Assembly (NCBI GenBank): GCA_964416925.1
Contig: CAYQFQ010000006.1
Span: forward strand, 1 to 33,980
DNA length: 33,980 bases
Direction: 5' to 3'
Origin: an uncultured Candidatus Saccharibacteria bacterium
GTDB taxonomy: Bacteria > Patescibacteriota > Minisyncoccia > Phycocordibacterales > GWA1-40-21
Shown: piece by piece, positions 16,972-25,800 of the stretch
Layout: each line of letters starts with the position of its first letter
Position numbering within the stretch: position 1 is the stretch's first letter
Notes under the pieces: generated by a model
The model's input: only the letters and a program-made list of their open reading frames with translations
Database searches by the model: none
What the model was told of the DNA's origin: nothing
Position numbers and translations under genes: made by a program

Positions 16972-18771
16972 TTATTCTAAAACCGCTTTTATTCTTCGAA
17001 TGCCCGCACTTGAAGCTTCTTCTTTTACTATTTTAAAGTGGCCAAGCTCAAAGGTATTAGTGACGTGAGGACCACCACAAAACTCTGTACTAAAATCGCC
17101 AATCCTATAAACCTTCACCACGTCTCCGTATTTAGAAAGATCAAAGGAAAGCGTTGTGACTACTTTTTTAGCTTCTTCTTTAGGTAATTCAAGCATTTCC
17201 ACAATTAATTTATCATGAATTTTTTCGTTAACCATATCTTCTACTGCTTTCAACTGCTCTGGAGTGAGCTTTTCTGGCCAGTTAAAATCAAAACGCATTC
17301 TCTCTGTTGTAATGTTGCTTCCTTTTTGTGTTATTTCACCTTTTAATACTCTTCGTAGTGATGCTAGAAGCAAATGTGTGGCTGTATGATATCTTGTTTC
17401 CATCTCGCCAGTACCAGCAAGACCGCCTTTGAATTTTTGTTCAGAACCAACTTTTGAAATTTCTTGATGTTTTCTGAATTCTTCTTGAAAAGATTTTTCA
17501 TCAACCAAGATACTTTTTTCTAGTGCTAATTCTTTTGTTAGTTCAACAGGGAAACCATAAGAAGAAAACAATAAAAAAGCATCTTTTCCAGAAATATCTT
17601 TGTCACTTATTTTTTCAAATTCTTTTAGTCCTTTTTCGAGAGTTGTTCTAAATTTTAGATCTTCTGCTTTTATGACATCTAATATTTCGATCTTATTTGT
17701 AACTAAAACAGGATAAGCATAATTCAACTGATCAATAACAACGCCCGCAATGGACAAAATATTTTCTTTTTGGATACCGAGCTGATCAATAAACTTAATC
17801 GCTCTTCTGAGAAGCCTTCTCAAAACATACCCAGCTTCTGTGTTTGATGGAATTACACCATCAGAGATCATCATTACAGCAGAACGAATGTGATCTGCTA
17901 TTATTCTCTCAGCTCTTTCATCTGATTTTGCGGCGCCTTTCTTTATCTCAGAAAGTATTGCTTCAAAAATGTCTGTATCAAAAACGGTCGTCTTACCTTG
18001 CATTACAACAGTGGTCCTCTCAAGCCCCATTCCAGTATCAACATTCTTTTTTGTAAGTGGAAGATATTCTCCATCAGCGGTTTTATTAAACTCCATAAAG
18101 ACGTTGTTCCAAATTTCAATAATTCTGCCGGATTTTACTAAGTCAGCGAATTTACCATGAACTTTTCCGTCTTGTGGTCGTACATCATAAAACATTTCAG
18201 TGTCTCCACCACATGGACCAACAGCCCCTGCTATCCAGAAATTGTCATCTTTGCCAAGAGGAATGATTCTGACATCATCTTTTATAAACTCATCCTCACC
18301 AGCTACCTCAACATCAATGTTATGCTTCGTAAAATTTTCTTTCCAAAACTTTATTGCGTCTTCATCTCTTGGAATACCATCCTCACCCTTAAAAACGGTT
18401 ACATAGAGTCTCTTGGGATCGAGATTCAAGCCTTCTTCCTTACTTGTAAGAAATTCCAAACTCCATTCTATGGCTTCCTTTTTAAAGTAATCCCCCAGTG
18501 ACCAGTTGCCCATCATCTCAAAAAACGTTAAATGTCTATTATCACCCACATCATCTATATCCCCTGTCCTGACGCATTTTTGAACGTCTACAAGCCTTGT
18601 GCCGGCTGGATGTTTAGCTCCCAAAAGATAAGGCACGAGTGGCTGCATTCCAGCAGTGGTAAATAAGGAAGATGGATCATTTTCGGGGATTAAAGAAGCA
18701 GAAGGAATTATTGTGTGTCCTCTTTTCTCAAAAAATTTAAGATATCGTTGTCTTATGTCACTTGATTTCAT
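16972..18771 (-). CDS. alaS: Alanine--tRNA ligase, short form without the C-Ala domain
   Basis: FTTAGMQP, RHLTFFEMMGNWS, EIWNNVFM, DTGMGLER, editing motifs HTATH and CGGPH; ends at GIRRIKAVLE. Start placed at MKSSDIR. Confidence 0.97.
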   Translation of the reverse strand: MKSSDIRQRYLKFFEKRGHTIIPSASLIPENDPSSLFTTAGMQPLVPYLLGAKHPAGTRLVDVQKCVRTGDIDDVGDNRHLTFFEMMGNWSLGDYFKKEAIEWSLEFLTSKEEGLNLDPKRLYVTVFKGEDGIPRDEDAIKFWKENFTKHNIDVEVAGEDEFIKDDVRIIPLGKDDNFWIAGAVGPCGGDTEMFYDVRPQDGKVHGKFADLVKSGRIIEIWNNVFMEFNKTADGEYLPLTKKNVDTGMGLERTTVVMQGKTTVFDTDIFEAILSEIKKGAAKSDERAERIIADHIRSAVMMISDGVIPSNTEAGYVLRRLLRRAIKFIDQLGIQKENILSIAGVVIDQLNYAYPVLVTNKIEILDVIKAEDLKFRTTLEKGLKEFEKISDKDISGKDAFLLFSSYGFPVELTKELALEKSILVDEKSFQEEFRKHQEISKVGSEQKFKGGLAGTGEMETRYHTATHLLLASLRRVLKGEITQKGSNITTERMRFDFNWPEKLTPEQLKAVEDMVNEKIHDKLIVEMLELPKEEAKKVVTTLSFDLSKYGDVVKVYRIGDFSTEFCGGPHVTNTFELGHFKIVKEEASSAGIRRIKAVLE

Positions 18772-18824
18772 TCGATTTAATATATCATAATTCGATAAAT
18801 TGCAAAACACGTGGGATTGAAAAA

Positions 18825-19433
18825 TTATTCAAAAATACTTCTCAGAACTTCAATATCTTTTTTAAGCTCAGGAAGTTTCGTTGGATTATATACAGCTACG
18901 CATGGATGATACAAACAGACAATTTTAACTTTTCCATAGGAAGTGACCGCCTCGAAACTTCTACCATGCATTTTGCCTATTGGTTCAAGCTTATCAGTAA
19001 GTCCAAATTTATTCATGATATAACCCATTGAATATCTACCCAAGGCACATATAACTTTTGGCTTAATTATTTCAAATTGGCGATCAAGAAATGGTCCGTA
19101 TATTTTAATTTCTTTTTCAGTTGGGTCACGATTTTCCTGTGGTCTATCTTTAACTATATTTGTTATGTAAATATCCTCTCTCTTGATTTTGATATGACTT
19201 AAAAGGGAATCGAGAACCTTGCCCGCCGTTCCGCAAAACGGTTTACCTGTTTTTGCCTCATTTCTACCTGGCGCCTCTCCAACAAAAACAATATTAGCAT
19301 CGAGACTTCCCTCTCCGATAACGTGAAAATATTTGTTTTCTATTCTATATGAAAAAAGAGGCGAAATCTTAAGGTTCAAGACTTCGTCTGCTATTTTTTT
19401 CATTTGGACCAACTTATTTTCAGTCTGTTTCAT
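18825..19433 (-). CDS. Uracil-DNA glycosylase, family 4-like
   Basis: VFVGEAPG..E...GKPF.G.AG, YITNIVK.RP..NR.P, YHP motifs. Confidence 0.92.
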   Translation of the reverse strand: MKQTENKLVQMKKIADEVLNLKISPLFSYRIENKYFHVIGEGSLDANIVFVGEAPGRNEAKTGKPFCGTAGKVLDSLLSHIKIKREDIYITNIVKDRPQENRDPTEKEIKIYGPFLDRQFEIIKPKVICALGRYSMGYIMNKFGLTDKLEPIGKMHGRSFEAVTSYGKVKIVCLYHPCVAVYNPTKLPELKKDIEVLRSIFE

Positions 19434-19437
19434 TTAA

Positions 19438-20280
19438 CTACAAGACACAATTTGCACAAGCACTAATTATTTCTTCTCTCACCACATTAGCTTTCTTTTC
19501 ACTAAAACCCATTTTTTCCAGTAAACCTTTTTCAGTTAATCTTTTAGAGATAACATAACCCTTTGAAAGCAACATATTTTTTTCACCATTTGTAATCGTG
19601 GTCAAAGCTGTAATTGGAATAAGCTCAGACTTTTCAATCATATTATGGAGTGTATTCCCATATGGATAATTCCAGCCGATCAAATGCAATCTCTGACATT
19701 CGCTGTAGCTAATAGCAGTATGACTAAACTTTGTATTTGTTATAAGCCATCCATCAGTAACCTTCCTTTTTTTACCTCCAAATTCAAATTCAAGACCAAT
19801 AAGATCATCAAATCTAGCCTTTACATATAAGGCGACTTTGAGATCGGATTTCATATCAACGTGACTATGAAATTTTGCTTCAAGCATTATTAGTTGATTA
19901 TCTTTCCAAGCCACAATATCAATTTCATGTTCAGCACATCTACCCGCAACTATTTTGTTTGTTGCAGTCTCATACCCTTGCGATTTTAAAATCTCAGCAA
20001 CAAATTGTTCAAAAGGAAAACCAGTCGGTCCAAGCATTCCAACAGCCTTACGTAAAGAATATCTTACTGCAACTGATTTTTGTTTTCGTCTCAAAATAGA
20101 AAAGGCTTCTCTATATATTTCTCTGGTGGTTATACCATCATGAAGTTGTTCACCGACTTCTAAAAGTATGTTCTTAACAACCTCATCAGTAGCACCGAGT
20201 TTTTTTAACGAATATTCAAGCTTCTTATAATCAAATATCTCTTTTTCTCCATTTGCTTTTATAACAAAAAATTCTGGCAT
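19438..20280 (-). CDS. ATP-cone domain + Mrr-like PD-(D/E)xK nuclease-fold protein
   Basis: N-terminal VIKANGEKEIFDYKKL ATP-cone pattern; GFPFEQFVAEIL, HEIDIVA, LEAK, LITNTKFS. Confidence 0.85.
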   Translation of the reverse strand: MPEFFVIKANGEKEIFDYKKLEYSLKKLGATDEVVKNILLEVGEQLHDGITTREIYREAFSILRRKQKSVAVRYSLRKAVGMLGPTGFPFEQFVAEILKSQGYETATNKIVAGRCAEHEIDIVAWKDNQLIMLEAKFHSHVDMKSDLKVALYVKARFDDLIGLEFEFGGKKRKVTDGWLITNTKFSHTAISYSECQRLHLIGWNYPYGNTLHNMIEKSELIPITALTTITNGEKNMLLSKGYVISKRLTEKGLLEKMGFSEKKANVVREEIISACANCVL

Positions 20281-20287
20281 ATAGATA

Positions 20288-20806
20288 TTATAACAAGTTC
20301 TTTTGTATTAAGAAACCGACATATTCTCCTTCTTTGACTTCTTTCAAAATCTTTCCGTTTTTAGATATATATCCGGTAAGAAGCCCATAATCTACTGACT
20401 GGTCGCTTAAGATATCAACGATAATCAAATATTTTGTTTTTATGCTAAATAAAGAATCTAGCATTTTAGAAAAAGGTTCCTTACTAAACTTTTCTGCTTC
20501 TCCTAAAAGTAAATGTGCCAAAACAATATCAAAATCAGTCTCTTGGGTATATTTGTTTAAATCCGTTTCTTTGAGAGTATAATTACGAGCCTTCACACTT
20601 TCAGTAATTCCTGTTCTTTTTCGCTCGTCTCCTGGATAAATAATTGCGGAAATAAAACCATCATTAAAATGCGTAGTCAAAAAAGATAAGCTAGTCCTTC
20701 CGGAGCCCGCGTCTAATATTTTTAGTTTGCCATTATTATTAAAATCCGCGAATAAACTTTTTAAAATGGTCTCATGAACCGGATTAATTTTCCAATCTTC
20801 ACTCAT
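20288..20806 (-). CDS. Class I SAM-dependent methyltransferase-like protein
   Basis: ILDAGSG motif I and FDIVLAH. Start placed at MSEDWK to avoid overlapping mnmA; a TATAAT lies 6 nt upstream. Confidence 0.7.
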   Translation of the reverse strand: MSEDWKINPVHETILKSLFADFNNNGKLKILDAGSGRTSLSFLTTHFNDGFISAIIYPGDERKRTGITESVKARNYTLKETDLNKYTQETDFDIVLAHLLLGEAEKFSKEPFSKMLDSLFSIKTKYLIIVDILSDQSVDYGLLTGYISKNGKILKEVKEGEYVGFLIQKNLL

Positions 20807-20822
20807 GTTTACATTATAACTT

Positions 20823-21983
20823 CTATTCAATAATTCCACCACCAACACAAATTTCCCCATCGTATATAACAGCTGACTGACCTGGGGTTACCGATTTTTG
20901 CGCATTAACAAAATGTAGTTCTAGACCACCTTCCGTTTTCTTAATTTTGCATTCTTCAACCGGTTGTCTATACCTTATTCTAGTTTGATATGTTTTTTCT
21001 TCGTTAATATCTTCTGAGATCAAATTAACATTCTTGAGTAAGACTTTTTTTGACTCTTCGTTTTTAATTTTTTCTATATCTTGAGATACAGTAAGAGTAT
21101 TATTATCAACATCTTTTGCAATAATATAATAAGGTTTGTCATTTGGTGTTTTCTTAGTGATCTCAAAACCATGTCTCTCACCAAGTGTAAAAAAGAATAC
21201 GCCAAAATGCTTACCAATAATATCTCCATTTTCATTTAGAACATTACCCTCTTTTTCATCGATATAATTTTTCAAAAAATCTTTCACATCGACTTTTCCC
21301 ATAAAACATAAACCTTGGCTATCCTTCTTAGTCGCATTTGCAAGATCATATTTTAAGGCGAGTTTTCTCACTTCAGGCTTATCTATACCTCCTACTGGGA
21401 ATAGAGTTTTTGAAAGTTCATTTTGCGTGAGAGTCCAAAGAAAATATGATTGATCTTTATTGCTATCTTTCCCAGCAAGCATTTCAGTTTTACCATTTTT
21501 TTCTCTAACCTGCGCATAATGCCCAGTTGCAACATAATCGGCTCCAAGCTCCATAGCTTTCTTAAAAAAACCTCCGAACTTTACATACTTATTACACATA
21601 ACATCTGGATTAGGTGTTCTACCAGCCCTATATTCAGAGATCATATAATCAACAACGTCTCTTTTGTATTCTTCCTCAAGATTTAGGGTCAAAAAAGGTA
21701 TCTCGAGTTTTGCACAAACACGCATTGCGTCTAATCGATCCTCCTTCCATGTGCACTCTGTATATTCCGGTTTCCAAACTTTTATAAATACTCCGGTTAC
21801 ATCAAAACCGGCTTCCTTGAGTAAGGCCGCACTAACTGCTGAATCCACGCCACCCGACATACCCACAAACACCTTGGGTCTAACTCCACCAGCCTGCCCT
21901 GTAGGAAGCGTTCTGACGCTTTCCTTCAGGGACATACCAATAAAGACTCGTATTTTTTTACTTTCCTTTTTAAGCACAACCAT
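20823..21983 (-). CDS. mnmA: tRNA 2-thiouridine(34) synthase MnmA
   Basis: SGGVDS, TPNPDVMCN, ATGHY, KDQSYFL, DSQGLCF, TPGQSAV; unusual duplicated N-terminus. Confidence 0.98.
   Translation of the reverse strand: MVVLKKESKKIRVFIGMSLKESVRTLPTGQAGGVRPKVFVGMSGGVDSAVSAALLKEAGFDVTGVFIKVWKPEYTECTWKEDRLDAMRVCAKLEIPFLTLNLEEEYKRDVVDYMISEYRAGRTPNPDVMCNKYVKFGGFFKKAMELGADYVATGHYAQVREKNGKTEMLAGKDSNKDQSYFLWTLTQNELSKTLFPVGGIDKPEVRKLALKYDLANATKKDSQGLCFMGKVDVKDFLKNYIDEKEGNVLNENGDIIGKHFGVFFFTLGERHGFEITKKTPNDKPYYIIAKDVDNNTLTVSQDIEKIKNEESKKVLLKNVNLISEDINEEKTYQTRIRYRQPVEECKIKKTEGGLELHFVNAQKSVTPGQSAVIYDGEICVGGGIIE
21897..21931. repeat. Palindromic element inside the mnmA 5' coding region
   Basis: CCCTGTAGGAAGCGT-TCTG-ACGCTTTCCTTCAGGG hairpin (one mismatch, one bulge). 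Confidence 0.75.
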
Positions 21984-21987
21984 TTAT

Positions 21988-22030
21988 AACACAAAACCGA
22001 CAACAGATAAACTGTTGTCGGTTTTGTGTT
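21988..22030. terminator. Long perfect hairpin, probable terminator between the DUF2157-like gene and mnmA
   Basis: 19-bp perfect inverted repeat AACACAAAACCGACAACAG / CTGTTGTCGGTTTTGTGTT with a 5-nt loop. Confidence 0.75.
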
Positions 22031-22035
22031 GATTC

Positions 22036-23043
22036 TTAGACCATCGATGACTTTATATATTTTCTATTTACATATATTGCCAAATAACCAAGACCCATAA
22101 CTACAATACCCATAAATATTAGTGCTACTGGCCATCCTGTAACATCAGCAAAATATTGAGCTGTAATTTTAATAAGATATGCCACCAAAAATATTGTTCC
22201 AAAAGTTAAAAAGGAAGTCTTTTTAAAATATACACTTCCAAACAACACAGCGACAAGAATAAGAGGAAACAAGACAGACCATAGAGCAGAGGCAGAAGTA
22301 TTGAGACCTAGAAAATTTGAACCAGTCATAATGTTGAGGGCAAAAGAGGCACCCAAAATACCAAGTACTCCAAATCCATCAAAATATGAACTGAAAGGTC
22401 TTTGTCTCAATTGAAGGTAGTACCCAAAAAATAGATAGCTGATACCAACAAGTAGCACCCTGTAAAGATTGAAGTTTACACCAAAATTATTACTTGAATT
22501 TGAAATCATGGTATTTGTGATTGAAAAGAAAAGCCATGTTCCAAAGACCGCATTAAACAAAGTAAAAACATTTTTCTTGGTCACAAACTGTGCTATACCA
22601 AATTGCAACAGGAGCAAAAACGGTACAAGTATAAGAAAAATATTTTCATTTGTTGGTCCAACAAACTTTTGAAATGTAACAAAGTAACCAAAAGCCATAA
22701 GAATAGCAGAAAGTATAAAGAAGATGTCATTCAACTTACCCAAAACTTTTGTTTGAGTTAAAGCAATCGCACCGATAAAGAAAGCAATACCAACACCAAG
22801 TGTCGTTAGGACCTTCACACCGTAAGACATCGTCATCCAGTTTTGAGCAACTAGGATTATCAGGCCAATAAGAACAATAATCCCTCCAATGAGATAGAAT
22901 ATTTCTGAAATACCAAGTCTTTTTACGACTGAACTGGTTTCGATGACCCTAGTATCCCCAACAATGTTATTGACTTCACTTTTACTAATCAGACCGCTAC
23001 CGACAGCCAACTTTAATTCACTCAATATTTTATCTTTGTCCAT
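22036..23043 (-). CDS. Polytopic membrane protein, DUF2157-like
   Basis: N-terminal GLIS..E, then YLIGGIIVLIGLIILVAQNW..M....K and about 10 TM segments. Confidence 0.75.
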   Translation of the reverse strand: MDKDKILSELKLAVGSGLISKSEVNNIVGDTRVIETSSVVKRLGISEIFYLIGGIIVLIGLIILVAQNWMTMSYGVKVLTTLGVGIAFFIGAIALTQTKVLGKLNDIFFILSAILMAFGYFVTFQKFVGPTNENIFLILVPFLLLLQFGIAQFVTKKNVFTLFNAVFGTWLFFSITNTMISNSSNNFGVNFNLYRVLLVGISYLFFGYYLQLRQRPFSSYFDGFGVLGILGASFALNIMTGSNFLGLNTSASALWSVLFPLILVAVLFGSVYFKKTSFLTFGTIFLVAYLIKITAQYFADVTGWPVALIFMGIVVMGLGYLAIYVNRKYIKSSMV

Positions 23044-23068
23044 ACAAATATAATATTAGAACTAATAA

Positions 23069-23611
23069 CTAGATAACCCAACCAATAAATATAAAGTCAT
23101 AATAGTTTGAGGTGCCGACATCTATAGCCTTTGTATCACCCTTACTATTTGCCAAGTATGCCTGATTGTAATTTCTATTTGTTCCACCAAAAATATCAAA
23201 AATACCAGCATTATTATAACTTCCATTTCTAATAGATAATCCGTCGGGAGAAATAGCATTATTGTCTAGACTAAGCTTCCTTGCGTCTTCAAATGATACT
23301 TGATAGTTACCGCCCTTGACTGAATCATATCTATAAATTTTTGGAGGATCCGTTTCTAAGTCATACCTACACTCAGACCCCTTTGGAACAGCCAAACTTT
23401 CAGCAATCTTAATTTTTCCTTTTACGACAGTATATATTCCGTCATTTATGCAATATTGTTTTGTATAATCCCTGAAGTAATACAGAAAATCATACTTTGG
23501 ACTAATACTTTTTGTGGGTATATAGGCAAAGATTGCTACTAAAATTATAACTATAATTGGAATAGCAATTCCTAATATTAAAGCTATGTTTGATTTTTTT
23601 TCGTTTTCCAT
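23069..23611 (-). CDS. Hypothetical membrane-anchored protein
   Basis: N-terminal TM, PKYDFLY, SPDG, C-terminal FIGWV; co-oriented with the next gene. Confidence 0.75.
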   Translation of the reverse strand: MENEKKSNIALILGIAIPIIVIILVAIFAYIPTKSISPKYDFLYYFRDYTKQYCINDGIYTVVKGKIKIAESLAVPKGSECRYDLETDPPKIYRYDSVKGGNYQVSFEDARKLSLDNNAISPDGLSIRNGSYNNAGIFDIFGGTNRNYNQAYLANSKGDTKAIDVGTSNYYDFIFIGWVI

Positions 23612-23650
23612 ATAAATGTATTATAACATGGAAAATAGTATTAAAGTAAT

Positions 23651-24799
23651 TTATATCTTGAACTCTATAACATCCCCATCTTTAACGATATATTCCTTAC
23701 CTTCGGTTCTGATTAATCCTTTTTCACGAGCATTACCATGTGAACCAGACTCAAGAAGTTTATCCCACTCAATAATTTCAGCACGAACAAACTTTTCTTT
23801 AAAATCTCCATGAATCGCTGTTCCAGCTTCAGGTGCTGTCCAACCCTTTCTGATCGTCCAGGCACGCGTTTCGTCTTCTCCTGTAGTAAAGTAAGTCATC
23901 AGACCGAGTAAATCATACCCGGCTTTAATTAGATTATCTATCCCATCATCTTTTGCACCCAGTCCTTCTCTCATTTCAACTTTTTCAGCGCCTTCAAATT
24001 CAGAAAGTTCTTTTTCTACACCAGCGTCTACAACTACATATTTTGCATTTATTTCTTTGAAATACTTCATTAAGGCAATCCAGCGTGGATCTGTAGTTTC
24101 ACTTGCCCCGTTGGAAGTAGCCAATTCTTGATTGGCGTTAGTTCCGATGGGGTCTAAGTTTTTTCCACCAGTCTTTTTATTGAGCACATACAAAATTGGC
24201 TTCATCGTGAGAAGACAAAGTTTTTTAACTTCAACAATTTCAAATTCATCAAAAGATACAATACTTGCCAATTTTCCGTCCTCAAGTGCCTTTTTAACTC
24301 TTTCAAGTGCACCATTTTCAATTACTGCCACCTTACTTCCGCGTCTAATTTCACTTTGTAAGCTTCCAAGTCTCTCCGTAACTGACTGCAGATCAGCTAA
24401 AACAAGCTCCAAATTGATGGTTTCGATATCGGATACTGGATCAATCTTGTTTGATACATGAATAACATTTTCATCTTCAAAAATACGAACAACCTCAGCA
24501 ATTGCGTCTGTCTCGCGAATGTTCGTAAGAAATTTATTTCCAAGTCCTTCTCCGGCTGAAGCACCTTTGACGAGTCCTGCAATATCAACAAACTCAACAG
24601 CTGCGGGAACAGTCTTTAATGATTTCGAAAAAGTAGAAAGTTTCCAAAGTCTCTCATCAGGCACAGCAACAACACCAACAGATGGATCTATTGTACAAAA
24701 AGGATAATTTTCACAAGGCACTGCCTTTCGAGTTAGTGCATTAAAAAGTGTGCTCTTGCCTACGTTTGGCAAACCTACAATTCCTATTGATAGTGACAT
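23651..24799 (-). CDS. ychF: Ribosome-binding ATPase YchF
   Basis: GIVGLPNVGKSTLFN, NYPFCTIDP, DIAGLV.GAS.GEGLGNKFL, C-terminal EGKEYIVKDGD. Confidence 0.98.
   Translation of the reverse strand: MSLSIGIVGLPNVGKSTLFNALTRKAVPCENYPFCTIDPSVGVVAVPDERLWKLSTFSKSLKTVPAAVEFVDIAGLVKGASAGEGLGNKFLTNIRETDAIAEVVRIFEDENVIHVSNKIDPVSDIETINLELVLADLQSVTERLGSLQSEIRRGSKVAVIENGALERVKKALEDGKLASIVSFDEFEIVEVKKLCLLTMKPILYVLNKKTGGKNLDPIGTNANQELATSNGASETTDPRWIALMKYFKEINAKYVVVDAGVEKELSEFEGAEKVEMREGLGAKDDGIDNLIKAGYDLLGLMTYFTTGEDETRAWTIRKGWTAPEAGTAIHGDFKEKFVRAEIIEWDKLLESGSHGNAREKGLIRTEGKEYIVKDGDVIEFKI
24105..24153. repeat. Palindromic element inside ychF
   Basis: Outer arms GCCCCGTTGGAA / TTCCGATGGGGT and inner GCCAAT-N5-ATTGGC. 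Confidence 0.75.
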
Positions 24800-24862
24800 G
24801 AGTCTAAAGATAACCGAAAAACTATAAAAAGTAAAATTAAGACGTGGGTCAAACTATATTAA

Positions 24863-25246
24863 TTAATTCTTGATATATTTAAGTGACTGAATAAATAAAA
24901 CGGCAAAAATAAGATCAAAACCGGCAAAAATCAAGAATGGCATATCTACATAAGATGAACCTACTAGAAGATAGTAATATAATACCGTTCCAACATAAGC
25001 GAATTTCACTAATATAGCATAGATGATAAGTCTTCTACTCCCATCCAAATTTGTGTAAATCATAAAAAGTAAAACTCCAAACAAAGCAATCAAAATTGCA
25101 CAAAATGTAAGATATGCTGGATTTTCCGGGAGATTCATTCCGGTTATCTTAAAAATAGTTTTATAAAAAAACACGAAACCGATTCCTAATATAAAATCAT
25201 ATAATGCAGAAACAAGAAACAGTCCTTTATAATATTTGGTATTCAT
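24863..25246 (-). CDS. Small four-TM hypothetical membrane protein
   Basis: Four hydrophobic segments in 127 aa. Confidence 0.75.
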   Translation of the reverse strand: MNTKYYKGLFLVSALYDFILGIGFVFFYKTIFKITGMNLPENPAYLTFCAILIALFGVLLFMIYTNLDGSRRLIIYAILVKFAYVGTVLYYYLLVGSSYVDMPFLIFAGFDLIFAVLFIQSLKYIKN

Positions 25247-25311
25247 ATTAAATTTGAGTTATTAATAATGGATAAACTATACGCTTTTATATTGTCTACA
25301 CAAACAAAAAA

Positions 25312-25704
25312 TCAATTTATCTTCAACTTCTCATGAACCTTTTTTACAACGTCTTCCAATTTAATATCTGATTTAACAAAATATTCAAATGATTCATTTA
25401 CCGTTACTCCGGCAATTTTCATGGCCTTTGCAATCTCAGCGTTGCTATCTACGTTAGTTAGTATTATAAATTTTATCTCCTTTCCTTTATCAGTTTCCCT
25501 TAGCCTTTTAAGCATAGTCAATCCATCAATCTTTGGAGTAATAATATCAACCAAAATTAAATCAGGACTCTCACTCTTGGCAAGCCTAAGTCCCTCCTCA
25601 CCATCTTTTGCTTCAATTATTTCAAATCCTGCAGATGATAGTTTGTCGTGCAATATGTCTCTAAGTGCAGCCTCATCTTCTAAAATTAATATTTTTTTGT
25701 TCAT
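25312..25704 (-). CDS. Single-domain response regulator (CheY-like receiver)
   Basis: ILILEDE, PDLILVDIITPKIDG (phospho-Asp), ILTN, YFVKS; start placed at MNKKIL. Confidence 0.92.
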   Translation of the reverse strand: MNKKILILEDEAALRDILHDKLSSAGFEIIEAKDGEEGLRLAKSESPDLILVDIITPKIDGLTMLKRLRETDKGKEIKFIILTNVDSNAEIAKAMKIAGVTVNESFEYFVKSDIKLEDVVKKVHEKLKIN

Positions 25705-25757
25705 TGTTCGTTCTTTATTTAGATTGATAATATTTACCTTATTATACAACAATATAT

Positions 25758-25787
25758 TAAAAAGCCAGAGGAGTTATCCCCTGGCTT
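25758..25787 (-). terminator. Terminator of the 25801-26235 gene
   Basis: AAGCCAG...CTGGCTT stem followed by a T run on the minus strand. Confidence 0.65.
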
Positions 25788-25800
25788 CACCTTTCGTTTT

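Noticed and set aside
19438-20806. Restriction-modification pair (methyltransferase + Mrr-like nuclease)
   Set aside because: The methyltransferase-like protein is small and lacks DNA-MTase catalytic motifs (DPPY/NPPY or PC).
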